Shown piece after piece: positions 14,810-29,351 of a stretch of DNA of 64,000 nucleotides; within the stretch, counting starts at the first letter, position 1; the number at the start of each line of letters is the position of its first letter. The notes under the pieces were generated by a model. That model searched no databases. It had not been told where the DNA came from and saw nothing but the letters and a program-made list of their open reading frames with translations. The DNA lies in assembly GCF_009914755.1 (NCBI RefSeq), contig NC_060927.1, one strand, 5' to 3'. Source of the stretch: the human T2T-CHM13v2.0 reference genome, Homo sapiens. The translations under genes were made by a program, and so were the position numbers.

Positions 14810-14966
14810 TTTTTTAACTTTACGTTTTGAAAAGTTTTAGATATATATAAAAGTAGAGGATAATATAATGCACCCCCATGTATGAATCATTCAACTTCAA
14901 CAGTGATGAACTTGTAGCCCATCTTGTTCGTTGTTTTGAAGCTAATCCCAGATATCACATTATTTT
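14810..14966 (-). mobile_element. Old L1M (L1MC/ME) 3' end fragment
   Basis: TTTTGAAAAGTTTTAGATATATATAAAAGTAGAG...GAAGCTAATCCCAGATATCA resembles a reverse L1MC4/5 3' end. Confidence 0.55.
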
Positions 14967-14980
14967 AGAGGTTTTACAGA

Positions 14981-15287
14981 TTTTTTTTTATTTGTTTGTT
15001 TTTTGTGACAGGGTCTTGTTCTGTCACTCAGGCTGCACTGCAGTGGAAAGATCACAGCTCACTGCAGACTTGACCTCCAGGCTCAGGTGATCCTCCTACT
15101 TTAGCCTCCTGCATAGGTGGGACTACAAGAATATGCCACCATACCCAGCTAATTTAAAAAAAAAATTTTTGTAGAGAGACGGTCTTGCTATATTGCCCAG
15201 GGTGGTCTCAAACTCCTGGGCTCAAGTGATCCTCCTGGCTTGGCATCAAAGTGCTGGGATTACAGGCATGAACCATCACGCCTGGCC
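14981..15287 (-). mobile_element. AluJ
   Basis: GACAGGGTCTTG...ATCACAGCTCACTGCAG...AACTCCTGGGCTCAAGTGATCCTCC are AluJ diagnostics; ends CCTGGCC. Confidence 0.92.
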
Positions 15288-15636
15288 TAGAGATACTTTT
15301 GTTAACATAAAATTGTCTTCCACTTTTCAGAGGTCAGGAAATCCAAATGCAGGAAGAAAAATGAAAACTTCAGCTAAAATCATTACAGTGGTTAAGGTAA
15401 GTTATATAAACTTCTTATACTCTAAGTGGACTTTTCATTTTAGCCTCAAAATTGACACTTGTCAATCATGAGTCAACAAATATTTATTGAATGTCCCTTA
15501 AGTGCCAGACTCTGTCACCACATAGCCTAAAAATAGATCAATGGGGGGTCTATTTTTTAAGTCTTTCTAGCGACAAAAAACTTTTGATTCTGTTAACTAA
15601 TATTTAATCATTTTAAATCAAATCCAATTTTCACAT

Positions 15637-16469
15637 TGATAGGGACAGGAGACAGGAAAATTCTGGGCAGAAGAGGGCAGGTCCCCAGCGAGGGCTTCAC
15701 CTTCAAGCCTGGAACTATGGCCCAAAGTGAGAATGTACATCCCTGTTTTCCCGCTTGAATGTTGCCTTTTCCAAAACCACCCATGGCCTCCCCTGCCCCC
15801 ATCCTGTGCCCATAAAAACCCCAGGATCAGCCAGCAGAGAGAGGAGAAGAGGAGATGCAGCTGGATGTCAGAAACTACCGTTGGAGAGAAGCAGCTTGAC
15901 TTCAGAGGGACAGGTTGATGGCACAGCTTTGGAGAGGGGTTTGGCCATCCCCAGCCAGACTCCAGAGAAAGATTACCTTCTCCTAATCCGTCCCCTTTGC
16001 AGCTCCCCTTCCTGCTGAGAGCCACCTTCATCGGCAATAAAATCCCCCACATTGACCATCCTTCTAATTCATGTATGCAACATTCTTCCTGGATGCCAGA
16101 AAAGAACTCAGGTGTGGGTGCAAAAGGCTGTCACACTGACCCTCTACTGAGCTGTTAACATTTAAGCTGTCCATGGATGGCAAAGCTAAAAGAGCACCGA
16201 CTATAACACTCCTTCTGGGGCTTCAGGGGTCATGGGCACCCTCAAGACACTGCCACAGGACCGGCACAAAGTTTGTTTCTGCTGGCACCCCAAAACGCCC
16301 ACCCCAGCTCGTGCACCTCCTCACCTGCATGCCCCCTTCAGCAAGGGGTTAAGCACTGTGGGTTTGAGTGAGTAGAGCTTGCCCCTGCCGGTGCTGAAGC
16401 AGCTGACTAGTTCCAGTGCCTGCACTCCAGTTCCTGCCCACAGAGGGGTCAGGGAAATTTCCTGCTTCA
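15637..16469 (+). mobile_element. ERV1 solo LTR, LTR1 family (LTR1/27/28 group)
   Basis: TGATAGGGACAGGAGACAGGAAAATTCTGGGCAGAAGAGGG start, TG...CA termini, internal CATAAAAA and AATAAA, perfect 4-bp TSD ACAT (15633-15636, 16470-16473). Confidence 0.9.
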
Positions 16470-16717
16470 ACATCACTGTAGTGCTACAAATGTACTAGGT
16501 TTATTAATAGTGCCCCACAAATTAAAAATAAAGTTATGGCTGTTTTTCTATTTTTTTAAAAAAGTCCAGTGGCCCTGATATATGAATACACAGTTATTTT
16601 TCTAGGAACAGACATAAAAATTGGGAATGCATATGCATTCCTAGAGAAACAAATTTTTGTTGTCACAAAGTAAACAAGCTTATATTATTTGTTAGAGCTC
16701 AGAAACAAAATGATAAC

Positions 16718-19495
16718 CTTATAAAACATTTAAAAAAGAACTAACACCAATTCTACTGAAACTACTCTGCATAATAGAAGACAGAATACTTCCAAATTCA
16801 TTCTATGAGCCAGTATTACCCTGATACCAAACCAGACAAAGACACATCAAAAAAAGAAAAGAAAAACACAGGCCAAATCCCTGATGAACATTGATGCAAA
16901 AATCCTCAACAAAATACTAGCAAACTGAATTCAACAACACATTAAAAAGATCATTCATCATGACTAAATTGAATTTATCCCAGGGATGCAAGGATGGTTC
17001 AACTTACACAAATTAATGAAGATGATACATCATATCAACAGAATGAAAGACAAAAATTACATGATCATTTCAATTGATACTGAAAAAGCATTTGATAAAA
17101 TTTAATATCTTTTCATGATTAATAAAACCTTCAAAAAATTGGTATAAAGGAATATACTTCAACCCAATAAAAGCCAAATAGGACAGACCCACAGCTAGTA
17201 TCATATTGAATGAAGGAAAACTGAAAACTTTTCCTCTAGGATCTGCAACATGACAAGGATGCCTACTTTCACCACTGTTATTCAGCATAGTACCAGAAGT
17301 CCTAAATGGAGCAATCAAACGAGAAAGATATAAAGGGCATCTAAATTGGAAAGGAAGAAGTCAAATTATTCTTGTTTGCAGATGATATAATCTTATATTT
17401 GGAAAAACCTAAAGACTCCACACACACACACAAAAACTATTCAAACTGATAAGTTTGGTAAAGTTTCAGGATAAAAAAATCGACATACAAAAATTAGTAG
17501 CATTTCTATATGCCAACAGCAAACAATCTGAAAAAAATTTAAGAAAGTAACCACATTTACAATAACTACAAAAAATAACTGAGAATTAGCTTCACCAAAG
17601 AAGTGAAAGATCTCTACAGTGAAAACTATAAAACACTGATAAAAGAAGTTGAAGAGAATACACAAAAAATGAAAAGATATTTCATGTTCATAGATTGCAA
17701 GAATCAATATTATTAAAATGTCCATATATCCAAAGCATTCTGCAGATTCAATGCAGCCTCTATCAAAATAGCAATGACATTCTTCACAGAAATAGAAAAA
17801 AATAATCCTAACATTTATATGCAACCACAAAAGACCCAGAATAGCCAAAGCTATCCTGAGCAAAACAAACAAAACTGGAGCAATCATAGTACCTGACTTT
17901 AAATAATACTACAGAGCTATGGAAACCAAAACAGCATGGTACTGACTGGCACAAAAACAGACACATAGACCAATGGATCAGAACAGAGAATCCAGAAACA
18001 AATTTATACACCTACAGTGAACTCATTTTTGACAAACGTGCCAAGAACATACACTGGGGAAAGGACAGTCTCTCCAAAAAGCAGTGCTGGGAAAACTGAA
18101 TATCCAGATGCAGAAACTAGACCCCTATCTCTCACAATATACATAAATCAAATTAAAATGGATTACAGACTTACATATAAGACCTAAAACTATGAAACTA
18201 CTGAAAAAAAAAAAGAACATTGGAGAAACTCTCCTGGACATTGGACTGGACAAAGATTTCTTGAGTAATGCCCCATGAGCACAGGCAACCAAAGCAAAAA
18301 TGGGCAAATGGAATCGCATCAAGCTAAAAAGCTTCTGCACAGCAAAGGAAACAATCAACAAAGTGAACAGACAACCCATAGCATGGGAGAAAATATTTGC
18401 AAGCTACCCATCTGACAAAGGATTAACACCCAGAATATATAGGGAGCTCAAACAACTCTATAGGGAAAAAAATCCAATAATCCTATTCTAAAATGGGCAA
18501 AAGATCTGAATAGACATTTCTCAAAAGAAGACATACAAATGACAAACAGATATATGAATTGGTGCTCAACATCATTGATCAACAGAGAAATGCAAATCAA
18601 AACTACAATGAGATATCATCTCACCTAAGTTAAAATGGCTTATATCCAAAGATAGGCAATAACAAATGCTGGCAAGGACGTGGAGAAAAGGCAACCCTTG
18701 TACACTGTTGGTGGGAATGTAAATTAGTACAATCACCGTGGAGAACAGTTTGGAGTTTCCTCAAAAAACTAAAAATAGAGCTACGATATGATCCAGCAAT
18801 CCCACTGCTAGGTATATACCCAAAAGAAAGGAGATCAGTATATTGAAAAGATGTCTGCATTTCTACGTTTGTTGCAGCACTGTTTACAATACCTAAAATT
18901 TGAAAGCAACCTAAGCATCCATCAACAAATGAATGGATAAAGAAAATGTACATATACACAATGGAGTACTATTCAGCCGTAAAAAAGAATAATATCCTGT
19001 CATTTGCAACAACACGGATGGAACTGGAGGTCATTATGTTAAGTGAAATAAGCCAGGCACAGAAAGACAAACTTTTGCCTGTTCTCACTTATCTGTGGGA
19101 TTTAAAAATAAAAACAATTGAACTCATGGAGATAGTAGAATGATGGTTACCAGAGACTGAAAAGGATAGTTTGGCAGTGGGGGTGAGGGGTAAGTGGGGA
19201 TGGTTAATGGGTACAAAAATATAATTAGATAGAAGGAATAAAATTTAGTATTTGATAGCATGACAGAGTGACTACTATCAACAATAATTTATTGTACATT
19301 TAAAAATAACTAAAAGACTATAATTGGACTGTTTGAAACACAAAGAAGAATAAATGCTTGAGATGATGGATATCCTATTTACCCGGATGTGATTATTATG
19401 CATTGTATGTCTATATCAAAATATTTCATGTACACTATAACTATATAGATGTACGATGTACTCACAAAAATTTAAAACAAAACAAACAAATAAAC
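16718..19495 (+). mobile_element. 5'-truncated L1 (L1MA2/3-like): degenerate ORF2 RT/C-terminal region, 3'UTR and A-rich tail
   Basis: TTCTATGAGCCAGTATTACCCTGATACCAAACCAGACAAAGAC and CAGGGATGCAAGGATGGTTCAAC ORF2 motifs; broken ORF2 peptides (e.g. [20 protein letters not shown]); L1MA-type 3' end. Confidence 0.93.
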
Positions 19496-19797
19496 ATGAA
19501 TTCAGTTTATTAGAATTCCCAAACATGAATAGAAGATCTAAGATAACTCTTTTTGCCATCCTGAGGAATTTGGTAAGGTTTTCTGGTAGATTTTCTACAT
19601 AGAAAAAAATACGCTTTGAAGGAAAAGAAGAGCCTTTATGACTTTAATAGAACAACCCTTTCCCAGAGTCTCTCAGAGGCTAACATAATCCTGTACACAC
19701 AGATTAACCTGTGCCTATATTCCTGAAAAGACTGCAGTAAAGGCAAATTCAGGCCTCATTATAGGGTCATTTTACATTTCAAACTGCAGTTTTCTTT

Positions 19798-20095
<298 letters not shown>

Positions 20096-20610
20096 TGCAG
20101 TTTTCTTTATAATCGAAAAGTCCATCTTTACAAACTAGCAGTAAGGCTCAAAAAACAACAACAACAACAATACCACACACATACACACCCCAAAATTATT
20201 GCTTAACAACAAACATCCTGATATCTACAGTTATTTTTCTTCCCTTTACTTAAAATTCTATTTTCTGACCAGTTGAAGAGTCCTCCTGTCCTAACTTGGT
20301 TCATTAAAAATATCAGTTTCTTTCCATGGCCTCCAAAATTTTTTTTTAATTTGAAAAATTTTTACCTCATTTCTGAAAGGACTGTCTCCTGAAAACATTC
20401 CCACTTCTGAGTGCTTCCTATTTTAGGAGAACAAAAGTTCCAGCTTTCAGTATCCTTAGAGCACACCACTCTCTGCCTCAGATGGACCCAAATTCTCACA
20501 AAAACAAAAGAGAGACATGGGATGAGACAACGAATTCTCACTTGGCCTCACTGCCAGACTTGTATACAATCCTCTCTGATGTCTTCTAGATCTTGGGCAG
20601 CTTGAACACT

Positions 20611-20995
20611 TTCTTTATTGTATATATTTAAGATGTACAGCACAATGTTTTGATATACACACATACAATAAAGTGATTACTATAGTCAAGTAAACTAACA
20701 TATCTATCCTCTCACATACTTACTTTTGTGTGTGTGGTAAAAGCACCTAAAAATCTCTCTTAGCAAATTTCCAGTTTGTAATATTTTTAGCTGTCTTCCT
20801 CACGTTATTCATTAGATCTCTACACCAATTCATCCTATATAACTGCAACTTTGTCCCCTTTAACCTACATCTGCCCATTTCCCCCATCCTCCCACCCCAA
20901 TCGCCATTATACTCTCCATTTCTATTTATTCAGTGTTTGAAAAGATTTCGTATATAAGTGAGATCATGCAGTATTTTTCTTCCTGTGGTCTGGTT
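20611..20995 (-). mobile_element. L1MA8/9-like 3' end fragment
   Basis: TTTATTGTATATATTTAAGATGTACAGCAC...AAGCACCTAAAAATCTCTCTTAGCAAATTTCC...ATAAGTGAGATCATGCAGTATTT. Confidence 0.8.
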
Positions 20996-21539
20996 TCCTC
21001 AAATGTCTTCAACACAAACTGTATATTTGCTAAATAATGCTTTGTGGTCCTGAGTCAAATATTATTAAAACTTGATATGTTGGGAATTCCAAGCCAAGAG
21101 GAGAAATACTTCTAGACCTCTCCACAAGCTGGTATGTCTTCAAATGGAATAAAAAATGTAAGTAAAAACTTATTTGAGGTCTATATGGAATGTATGATTT
21201 TCTTTGGAAAATAATCATTCAGACAATTACTTATGAAGAAATCTCTTCAATGCCATCTTTGCTAGTAACTGCTGGGCTATTTTCCATTCCCACCTCCAAT
21301 ATTAACATACCATGACATACAATTCTATAGAGCCAAAAAGATATTCAAAAGACCCCAAATAAAAGAACTTGAAAGTCAAAAGGGGACCAATTCTTACAGA
21401 ATATTTTGATAATAAATGTAATTCCAGACACACAGACTCTTTAGGGACTTAAAGTCCTAAATCTCTAAGATTATAAATGAGAAAACTGCAACCTGAGATA
21501 TTATGCCAATTGTCTAAAGTTTTTAGTGGCAAGAACCAC

Positions 21540-21830
21540 TTATTTATTTCAACAAACATTTACTGAACATCTACTCTATAGCTGGCAAAAGAAGACATTT
21601 TGGAATAAAGAAATGCAAGACACAGTTCCTGCCCCCACCTCCGGTTGTTTACAGTCCACTGGGGATACCTACCTAGTGAGCAGAGACACAGAGTGATAGG
21701 CTCTTTGATAAAGGCAGTCACAAGGTGAGGCCCCAAACTCACAGAGCAAGAAACCAGAACAAACTTTCTGGAAGGGGTTTGTCCTGAGCTGAGTCTTGAT
21801 GAAGGTGAAGGAGCTGCTTAGGAAAGAAAG
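21540..21830 (-). mobile_element. L2 fragment
   Basis: TATTTATTTCAACAAACATTTACTGAACATCTACT...ACACAGTTCCTGCCC...TGAGCTGAGTCTTGATGAAG. Confidence 0.6.
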
Positions 21831-22858
21831 AGATCAAGAGAAAAGGGCCTGGCTCTCTAGGTCTTTCCGCATTCACATTAGACTAGTCCGCTCTTAAAAT
21901 GTTTTGGTTTTGAGTTTGGTTTTGTCCGTGAATTATTTTCTCTCTAGGTCAGAACATAGTGTTAAAGGAGTGAAAGCCACACCAGACACCTTAAAATGTC
22001 TCACACTAACCACAAGGGGGAGTAGGTTAAAGATGCCTGAATTCAGGTAACTCACTCATCACCATCACTAAAATCCACCAGTAAGTAGCCTAGTGTTGCG
22101 GGGCATGGGCCGAACCTCCCTATAAAGGCAGCTTTGCTTACTGAGTTATTCATTTTATCAATCTGTGTACTTTTCAACAATCACTTTAACATGTAGGCAG
22201 AAAATAAGAAATATTCAGTAAAAATATGTAAAACAAATTTATTAATTCAAGTATTTATTGAGTTCCTATTATTTGCCATGTAGATATTACAATAATATTC
22301 TAATCATATATTTAAGCCTTTGTAAAGAGGTTTAGGGCTTTAATTTTTTCCTCATTTACTCATTTGTTGCTCTAAGCCTGAATTTGGAGGTGTTCAAAGA
22401 CTAGAAAGACAGGCATAGACAAGGGTATGTCGATGTATAGAGAATGGGAGAAGGAGGGAGAAGGAATGGTTTGAAAGTATCTTCAGAACAGGCTGCATAA
22501 GTGACAAAAGTTTTCAAAAGTGGGGTTTGTGGATACCTTAAATTTGTGTGTAGTGCCACAGTTTGTAGAGTTGGGAAAAAAAAAAGAGTTGGAGGATGAT
22601 GGTCAGAACTCACCATTTATTCATTCATGGTAGATGTGGGTTCTTCCCTTTCCTCTAGGCTCTAAACAATTGGTTATCTTTGGGACCACTGAAAGAAAGA
22701 TCACATTTCTGATCAAAATTTAGGATACATGGTCTGCCACATATAAGTGTTTTTATAAGGAAAATGGGATAAACATTTAAAAGCAGGATTGTCACTTTTT
22801 TGTCCCTTTTCAACGTTAAAGATGTCAAAATAAGAACATCTTGGTGAGTCCTCTGGTG

Positions 22859-22861
<3 letters not shown>

Positions 22862-22902
<41 letters not shown>
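22862..22902 (+). repeat. (TC)~20 microsatellite
   Basis: Uninterrupted TC dinucleotide run. Confidence 0.95.
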
Positions 22903-22909
<7 letters not shown>

Positions 22910-23240
22910 TTCCCCTCTTGGCTCCCAGGACTAAGAAAAGGATAGATCAAAGGGACAGTAAATACAGCCTATGCCTGGAAGACTTAATATCATAGCTGTT
23001 TTGTTGGGGATGGAATCTGGAGGTTGCAATAGAGTGAAAGGAAAAATGATCTAGGAGTTAAGACACAGGTAAAATTCTGGCTTTGCTGCTAAATATCTGG
23101 ATGTGTTGGGCAAGTCATTTAGTCAACCTAGGCCTCAATTTCTCTATCTGTAGGAAATAATGATGGCTGAAATTTGTTAAACATGTATTATGAATCTATC
23201 AACAGTTCTTAGAGGCTTATTTGGAGGGGGATGAATAGAT

Positions 23241-23533
23241 CAGTGGTTTTCAAACTTAACTTTATGCAAGGGAATCCTTTCGTAAAATGAAGTCTTGTAT
23301 GGCTCCCCAATGCATAGCACAGATAAAAGTAGTATACCTCTTTCATAAGTTACTGTGTATGGCATTTCCTCATGAGACATTTGAAGATTATCATGATCTG
23401 TGATTTCTACCACATCAAGCCTTGATCTGTAACACATTTGAGTAGTAAGCCTTTTTTAACTTAGTTTTTCAAATAATAAAATAAATGTAATGAAATGCGT
23501 GTGGATCCCTAGAACACAGTTTAAAAGCCACTG
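23241..23533 (+). mobile_element. hAT-Charlie MITE (MER117/Charlie-like)
   Basis: Terminal inverted repeats CAGTGGTTTTCAAACT ... AGTTTAAAAGCCACTG. Confidence 0.75.
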
Positions 23534-24309
23534 AATGAGTTTATCTCTGAGGTCTCTTCTGAATCTGATGTTCTCCCCATCTGAGCCTGGCTCAGATGGC
23601 AAAAACTCCTGCCAAGAACACATACACACCCGTCACTTTTCTCCCCCATGAAGGAAGATGCCTCTTATATTTCCCAGCAGAAATCAATGCCTAATATTAA
23701 AAACATGTCAGTGTGACTAGTTCTAATTCAGTCTCTCCTTCAACAAGTTTTGGGGACAAAGGTATTGCTACATCTGTGACAGTTGTAACTGCTTTGGGAT
23801 TCTACTTGGACTCACAATGTGTATATCTGAATATTCCCAGAAGTATCTAGTCAAGCTCAATAAAATTTTGAATGTCAGCAGAACTGAAATCCAGTATATA
23901 AGAAACCTGAACTAATATCACATAGTGAATTTCAACAATGCTGCTTGGATGGTAAGAGAGGTTCTCATCACTCTTTACCTGTGTGACCCTGGCCACTTTT
24001 CATTTGGGACCTTGTTTCTTGAACTAGAGATCAACATTATTTCCTTTCCAGCTGAAGTATTCTTTGTTCTCTAGTTAGTTAACATCCTTCTGTGATCAGC
24101 TGTACTACCTGCATCTCCACCACTTCTCATTTACCAGCTGGGCTGTTTTCACGGACATACATTCTGTACAGATTTTCCACTGTGTAATTCTGGTGATTCT
24201 ACATATGAATTAAATGTTTTATGTTTGCACTTAAAACTGGAATTGCATGATATGAGATGAATGGTAAAATTTACATTTTAATTTTTAAGCTCAGAACAAC
24301 ATTAAATAG

Positions 24310-25990
<1,681 letters not shown>

Positions 25991-27454
25991 CCAACTTTTA
26001 TTTTAGACTCAGGAGGTACATGTGCAAGTTTGTTACCTGGTTATATTGCATGATGCTGAAGTTGGGTGTACAAATGATCCTGTCACCCAGATACAGAATA
26101 GTACCCAACTGTTAGTTTTTCAACCCCTCCTCAACTCTCTAATAGTCCCCAGTGTCTATTGTTGCCACCTTTATGTCCATGAGTTCTCGATGTTTTGCTC
26201 TCACTTATAAGTGAGAACATGTGGTATTCGGTTTTCTGTTCCTGCATTAATTTGCTTAGGATGATGGCCTCCAGCTCCATCCATGTTGCTGCAAAGACCA
26301 CAGTTTTGTTCCTTTCTTTCTTTTTCTTTTTTTTTTTTTTCTTTGGAGACAGAGTCTCACTCTTGTCACCCAGGCTGGAGTGCAATGGCACGATCTCCGC
26401 TCACTGAAACCTCTGCCTCCCAGGTTCAAGTGATTTTCCTGCCTCAGCCTCCTGAATCGCTGGGATTACAGGCACCTGCCACCATGCCCAGCTAATTTTT
26501 TTTTTTTTTTTGTATTTTTAGTTGAGATGGGGTTTCACCACGTTGGCCAGGCAATTTTGTTCTATTTCATGAGTGTGTAGTATTCCATGGTGTATATGTA
26601 CCACATTTCCTTTATCCAACCCTTCATTGATGTGCATGTAGGTTGGTTCTATGTCTTTGCTATTGTGAATAGTGCTGCAGTGAACATGCAAGTATTAAGT
26701 GTCCCTTTGGTAGAATGATTTGTGTTCTTTTGGATATATACCCAGTAATGGGATTACTAGATCAAATGGTAGTTCTGTTTTAAGTTCTTTGAGAAATCTC
26801 CAAACTGCTTTCCATAGTGTCTGAACTAATTTACATTCCCACCAACAGTTTATAAGCTTTCCCTTTCTCTACAATCTCACCAACATCTGTTGTTTTTTGA
26901 CATTTTAATAATAGTTATTCCCACTGGTATGGGATGGTATCTCATTGTGGTTTTGATCTGCATTTCTCTGATGATTAGTGATGATAAGCATTTTTTCATG
27001 TTTGTTAGTGACTTGTATGTCATCTTTTGACAAGTGTTTGTTCATGTCTTTTGCCCATTTTTTAATGGAGTTGTTTTTTGTTTGTTCAACTCTTTAAGTT
27101 CCTTAAAGACTCCAGGTACTAGATCTTTGTTGAATGCATAGTGTGTGAATATTTTCTCTCATTCTGCAGGTTGCCTGTTTACTCTGTTGATAGTTTCTTT
27201 TGCTGTACAGAAGCCCTTTAGTTTAACCAGGTCCCACTTGTCAATTTTTGTTTTTCTTGCAATTGCTTTTGAGGATGTAGTCATCAATTCTTTCCCAAAG
27301 CTATGTCCAGAATGGTGTTTCCAAAGTTTTCTTCTAAGATTTTTATAGTTTAAGGTCTTACAATTAAGTCTTTAATTCATCTTGAGTTAATTTTTGTATA
27401 TGGTGAAAGATAGGGATCCAGTTTCATTTTTCTGCATATGATTAGCCAGTTATC
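25991..27454 (-). mobile_element. L1PA15/16-like 3' fragment inserted in the L1MC
   Basis: TTATTTTAGACTCAGGAGGTACATGTGCAAGTTTGTTAC...GATGCTGAAGTTGGGTGTAC is a reverse L1PA16-type 3' end, followed by ORF2 sequence. Confidence 0.88.
26317..26551 (-). mobile_element. 5'-truncated AluS inside the L1PA
   Basis: Right arm plus partial left arm ending at CACGTTGGCCAGG; degenerate TSD CAGTTTTGTTCCTTTC/CAATTTTGTTCTATTTC. Confidence 0.92.
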
Positions 27455-27775
27455 AAAGGATATTTTTGATCAGAGAAAATATTCTGTATGATACTGTAAT
27501 GGTAGATATATGACATTATGCATTTTTCAAAACATGTAGAACTAAACACATTAAGAGTGAACTCTAATATAAACTATGGATTTTAGTTAGTAACTATGTG
27601 TCTATATTGGTTTGTCAGGTATAACAAATGTACCACACTAAATGCAAGATGTTAACAATAGTGGAAACCTGGAGGGAGTAATATGAGAACTCCACTTTCC
27701 ACTTTCTTATTTTTTCTTTTCTTTTTTTTTTTTGTAAATCTGAAATTGCTCTAAAAACTAAAGTCTAGTAATTAA
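27455..27775 (+). mobile_element. L1MC-like LINE, 3' part of the split element
   Basis: GAAAATATTCTGTATGATACTGTAATGG...AAGAGTGAACTCTAATATAAACTATGG continues the 3'UTR broken at ~25670. Confidence 0.8.
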
Positions 27776-27829
27776 ATACAACACCACCATCACAAGCCGA
27801 GAGAGAGCACGAAAGAGAATAAAAAGCTT

Positions 27830-27933
27830 TTTTTAAGTACCTTTAACAGCACTTTTTTTTTTTTGCATTGCTTTCTGAACAAAGGGTCCCACATTTTCAT
27901 TTTGCTGTGGGGCCAGAAAATTATGTAGCCCTG
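27830..27933 (+). mobile_element. MER45-like hAT-Tip100 fragment
   Basis: TGAACAAAGGGTCCCACATTTTCATTTTGC...AAATTATGTAGCCCTG. Confidence 0.6.
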
Positions 27934-27949
27934 TTTATCACTTTGTATA

Positions 27950-28250
27950 AATAATAGCTAATGTTTATTTAGCACATATTATGCAACAGGTATTATGGTA
28001 AGTACTTTCACATGTTACTTCATTTAAAATTCACAACCCTGATATTTTATATATTTTATAATGATCTCTTTTACATATTTTAAAATATTTTATAATGATA
28101 TAATTAACCCCATGATAATATTTTCATGCCTATTTACAAATAAGGAAATCAAGGTTTAGAGAAGTTGAGTGTGTTGATCGAAGTCACTTAGCTGGTAGGA
28201 GAAAGGGTCAGATTTGAACCCAACCATCTGATTCCCAGCTCCTAACCACC
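27950..28250 (-). mobile_element. MIR with an AT-rich internal duplication
   Basis: AATAATAGCTAATGTTTATTTAGCAC...TTTACAAATAAGGAAATCAAGGTTTAGAGAAGTT...GATTTGAACCCA. Confidence 0.7.
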
Positions 28251-28864
28251 AGCTATAACCACCACCATGTTAGATTTCAAGCTCTCTGAGGTACTTCTTT
28301 AGCTATGCTACTGACCACTAAATATAAACCTCACTGACTACAATGCTCAGGCATGTGCCCAAAGGATAGCCCTGCGATTTTAATCATCCTGGGTGTAATG
28401 TAAAATATTCCCAGCCAGCAGATACTTTTAACAAAACCCCTCAAATTCTTTGGATGATGCAAGCTGCATAAATGCACAAGAGTTATACGAACATTATGAA
28501 CAGTACTTCTTTAGAGACTTATAAATTACGAAGAATTAATTTTCTCTTAAAAATATGCACTATGTATGTATGGTTTTATAAAGCAGACCTGGGTAATCAA
28601 TTTTGAACTGAGAAGGCACACACTAGATTTGAACATCAACAGCAAAAAATCAAAAATAATCCTCTTAAGCTTCTTTGGCTAAGTTCTTTGCCATACTTGT
28701 TCCTGCTTTCTTTCTGTCTTGCTCAGCACATAGCTATGGGGTTAAGCAAAGGAGACCTTTTCATCTGTGTGGGTTATGAGGCGCAGTGGTCTGTACAAAG
28801 TTTAGGGCTCTCTGCCAATTCCATAGGCCTCAGCTCTGCAGCACAGATGTATGCCTCAACTTAC

Positions 28865-29351
28865 CAGATAAACTAGGCTCCAGTCTCTCTCATATTAACA
28901 ACTGATCTTAAAAGGAATCTGAATGAACGTGTCTGCCAAAGTTGGCTCTGTACTTCTGACTGAAAACCACATCTAACTGAGTGGTTGAATCTGTCATGGA
29001 GGGACTCGGGTCTTGGGAGGTTTGAAGTACAGTAGGGGGTTTTAGTCCTGCTGTGACGAAGCTAGTTAGTCCATGCATCTCTTCTTCTTTGGCGCATGGT
29101 GGAAGCATGAGGGATATGTTATGATAAAAATCCCAATTATGCCTTCTACCATCTGTTAATAGCATGTGCTTGTGTACACGTTGCCAGGAAATATCGAGAA
29201 CAAAGGAATGAGAGGCCCTCATTCCAGAGACATGGCTCTCAGCTCCCACTGAGGTTCACTGGTTTGGTTACAGATGTGTCGATGTCCTCAACACCCAGCC
29301 CCACATAACACGGAAGTGCACGGTCCTGGGCAAAGCTAGACTCATCCAGGT
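28865..29351 (-). ncRNA. Candidate non-coding exon (487 nt)
   Basis: Minus-strand acceptor CCCTCTTCCCAAACAG| and donor CTG|GTAAGT; unique sequence retaining ~9 CpGs; no open frame across it. Confidence 0.3.

Noticed and set aside
16718-19143. L1 ORF2-like peptides and hydrophobic antisense ORFs
   Set aside because: Fragments of a 5'-truncated, frameshifted L1; not a functional gene.
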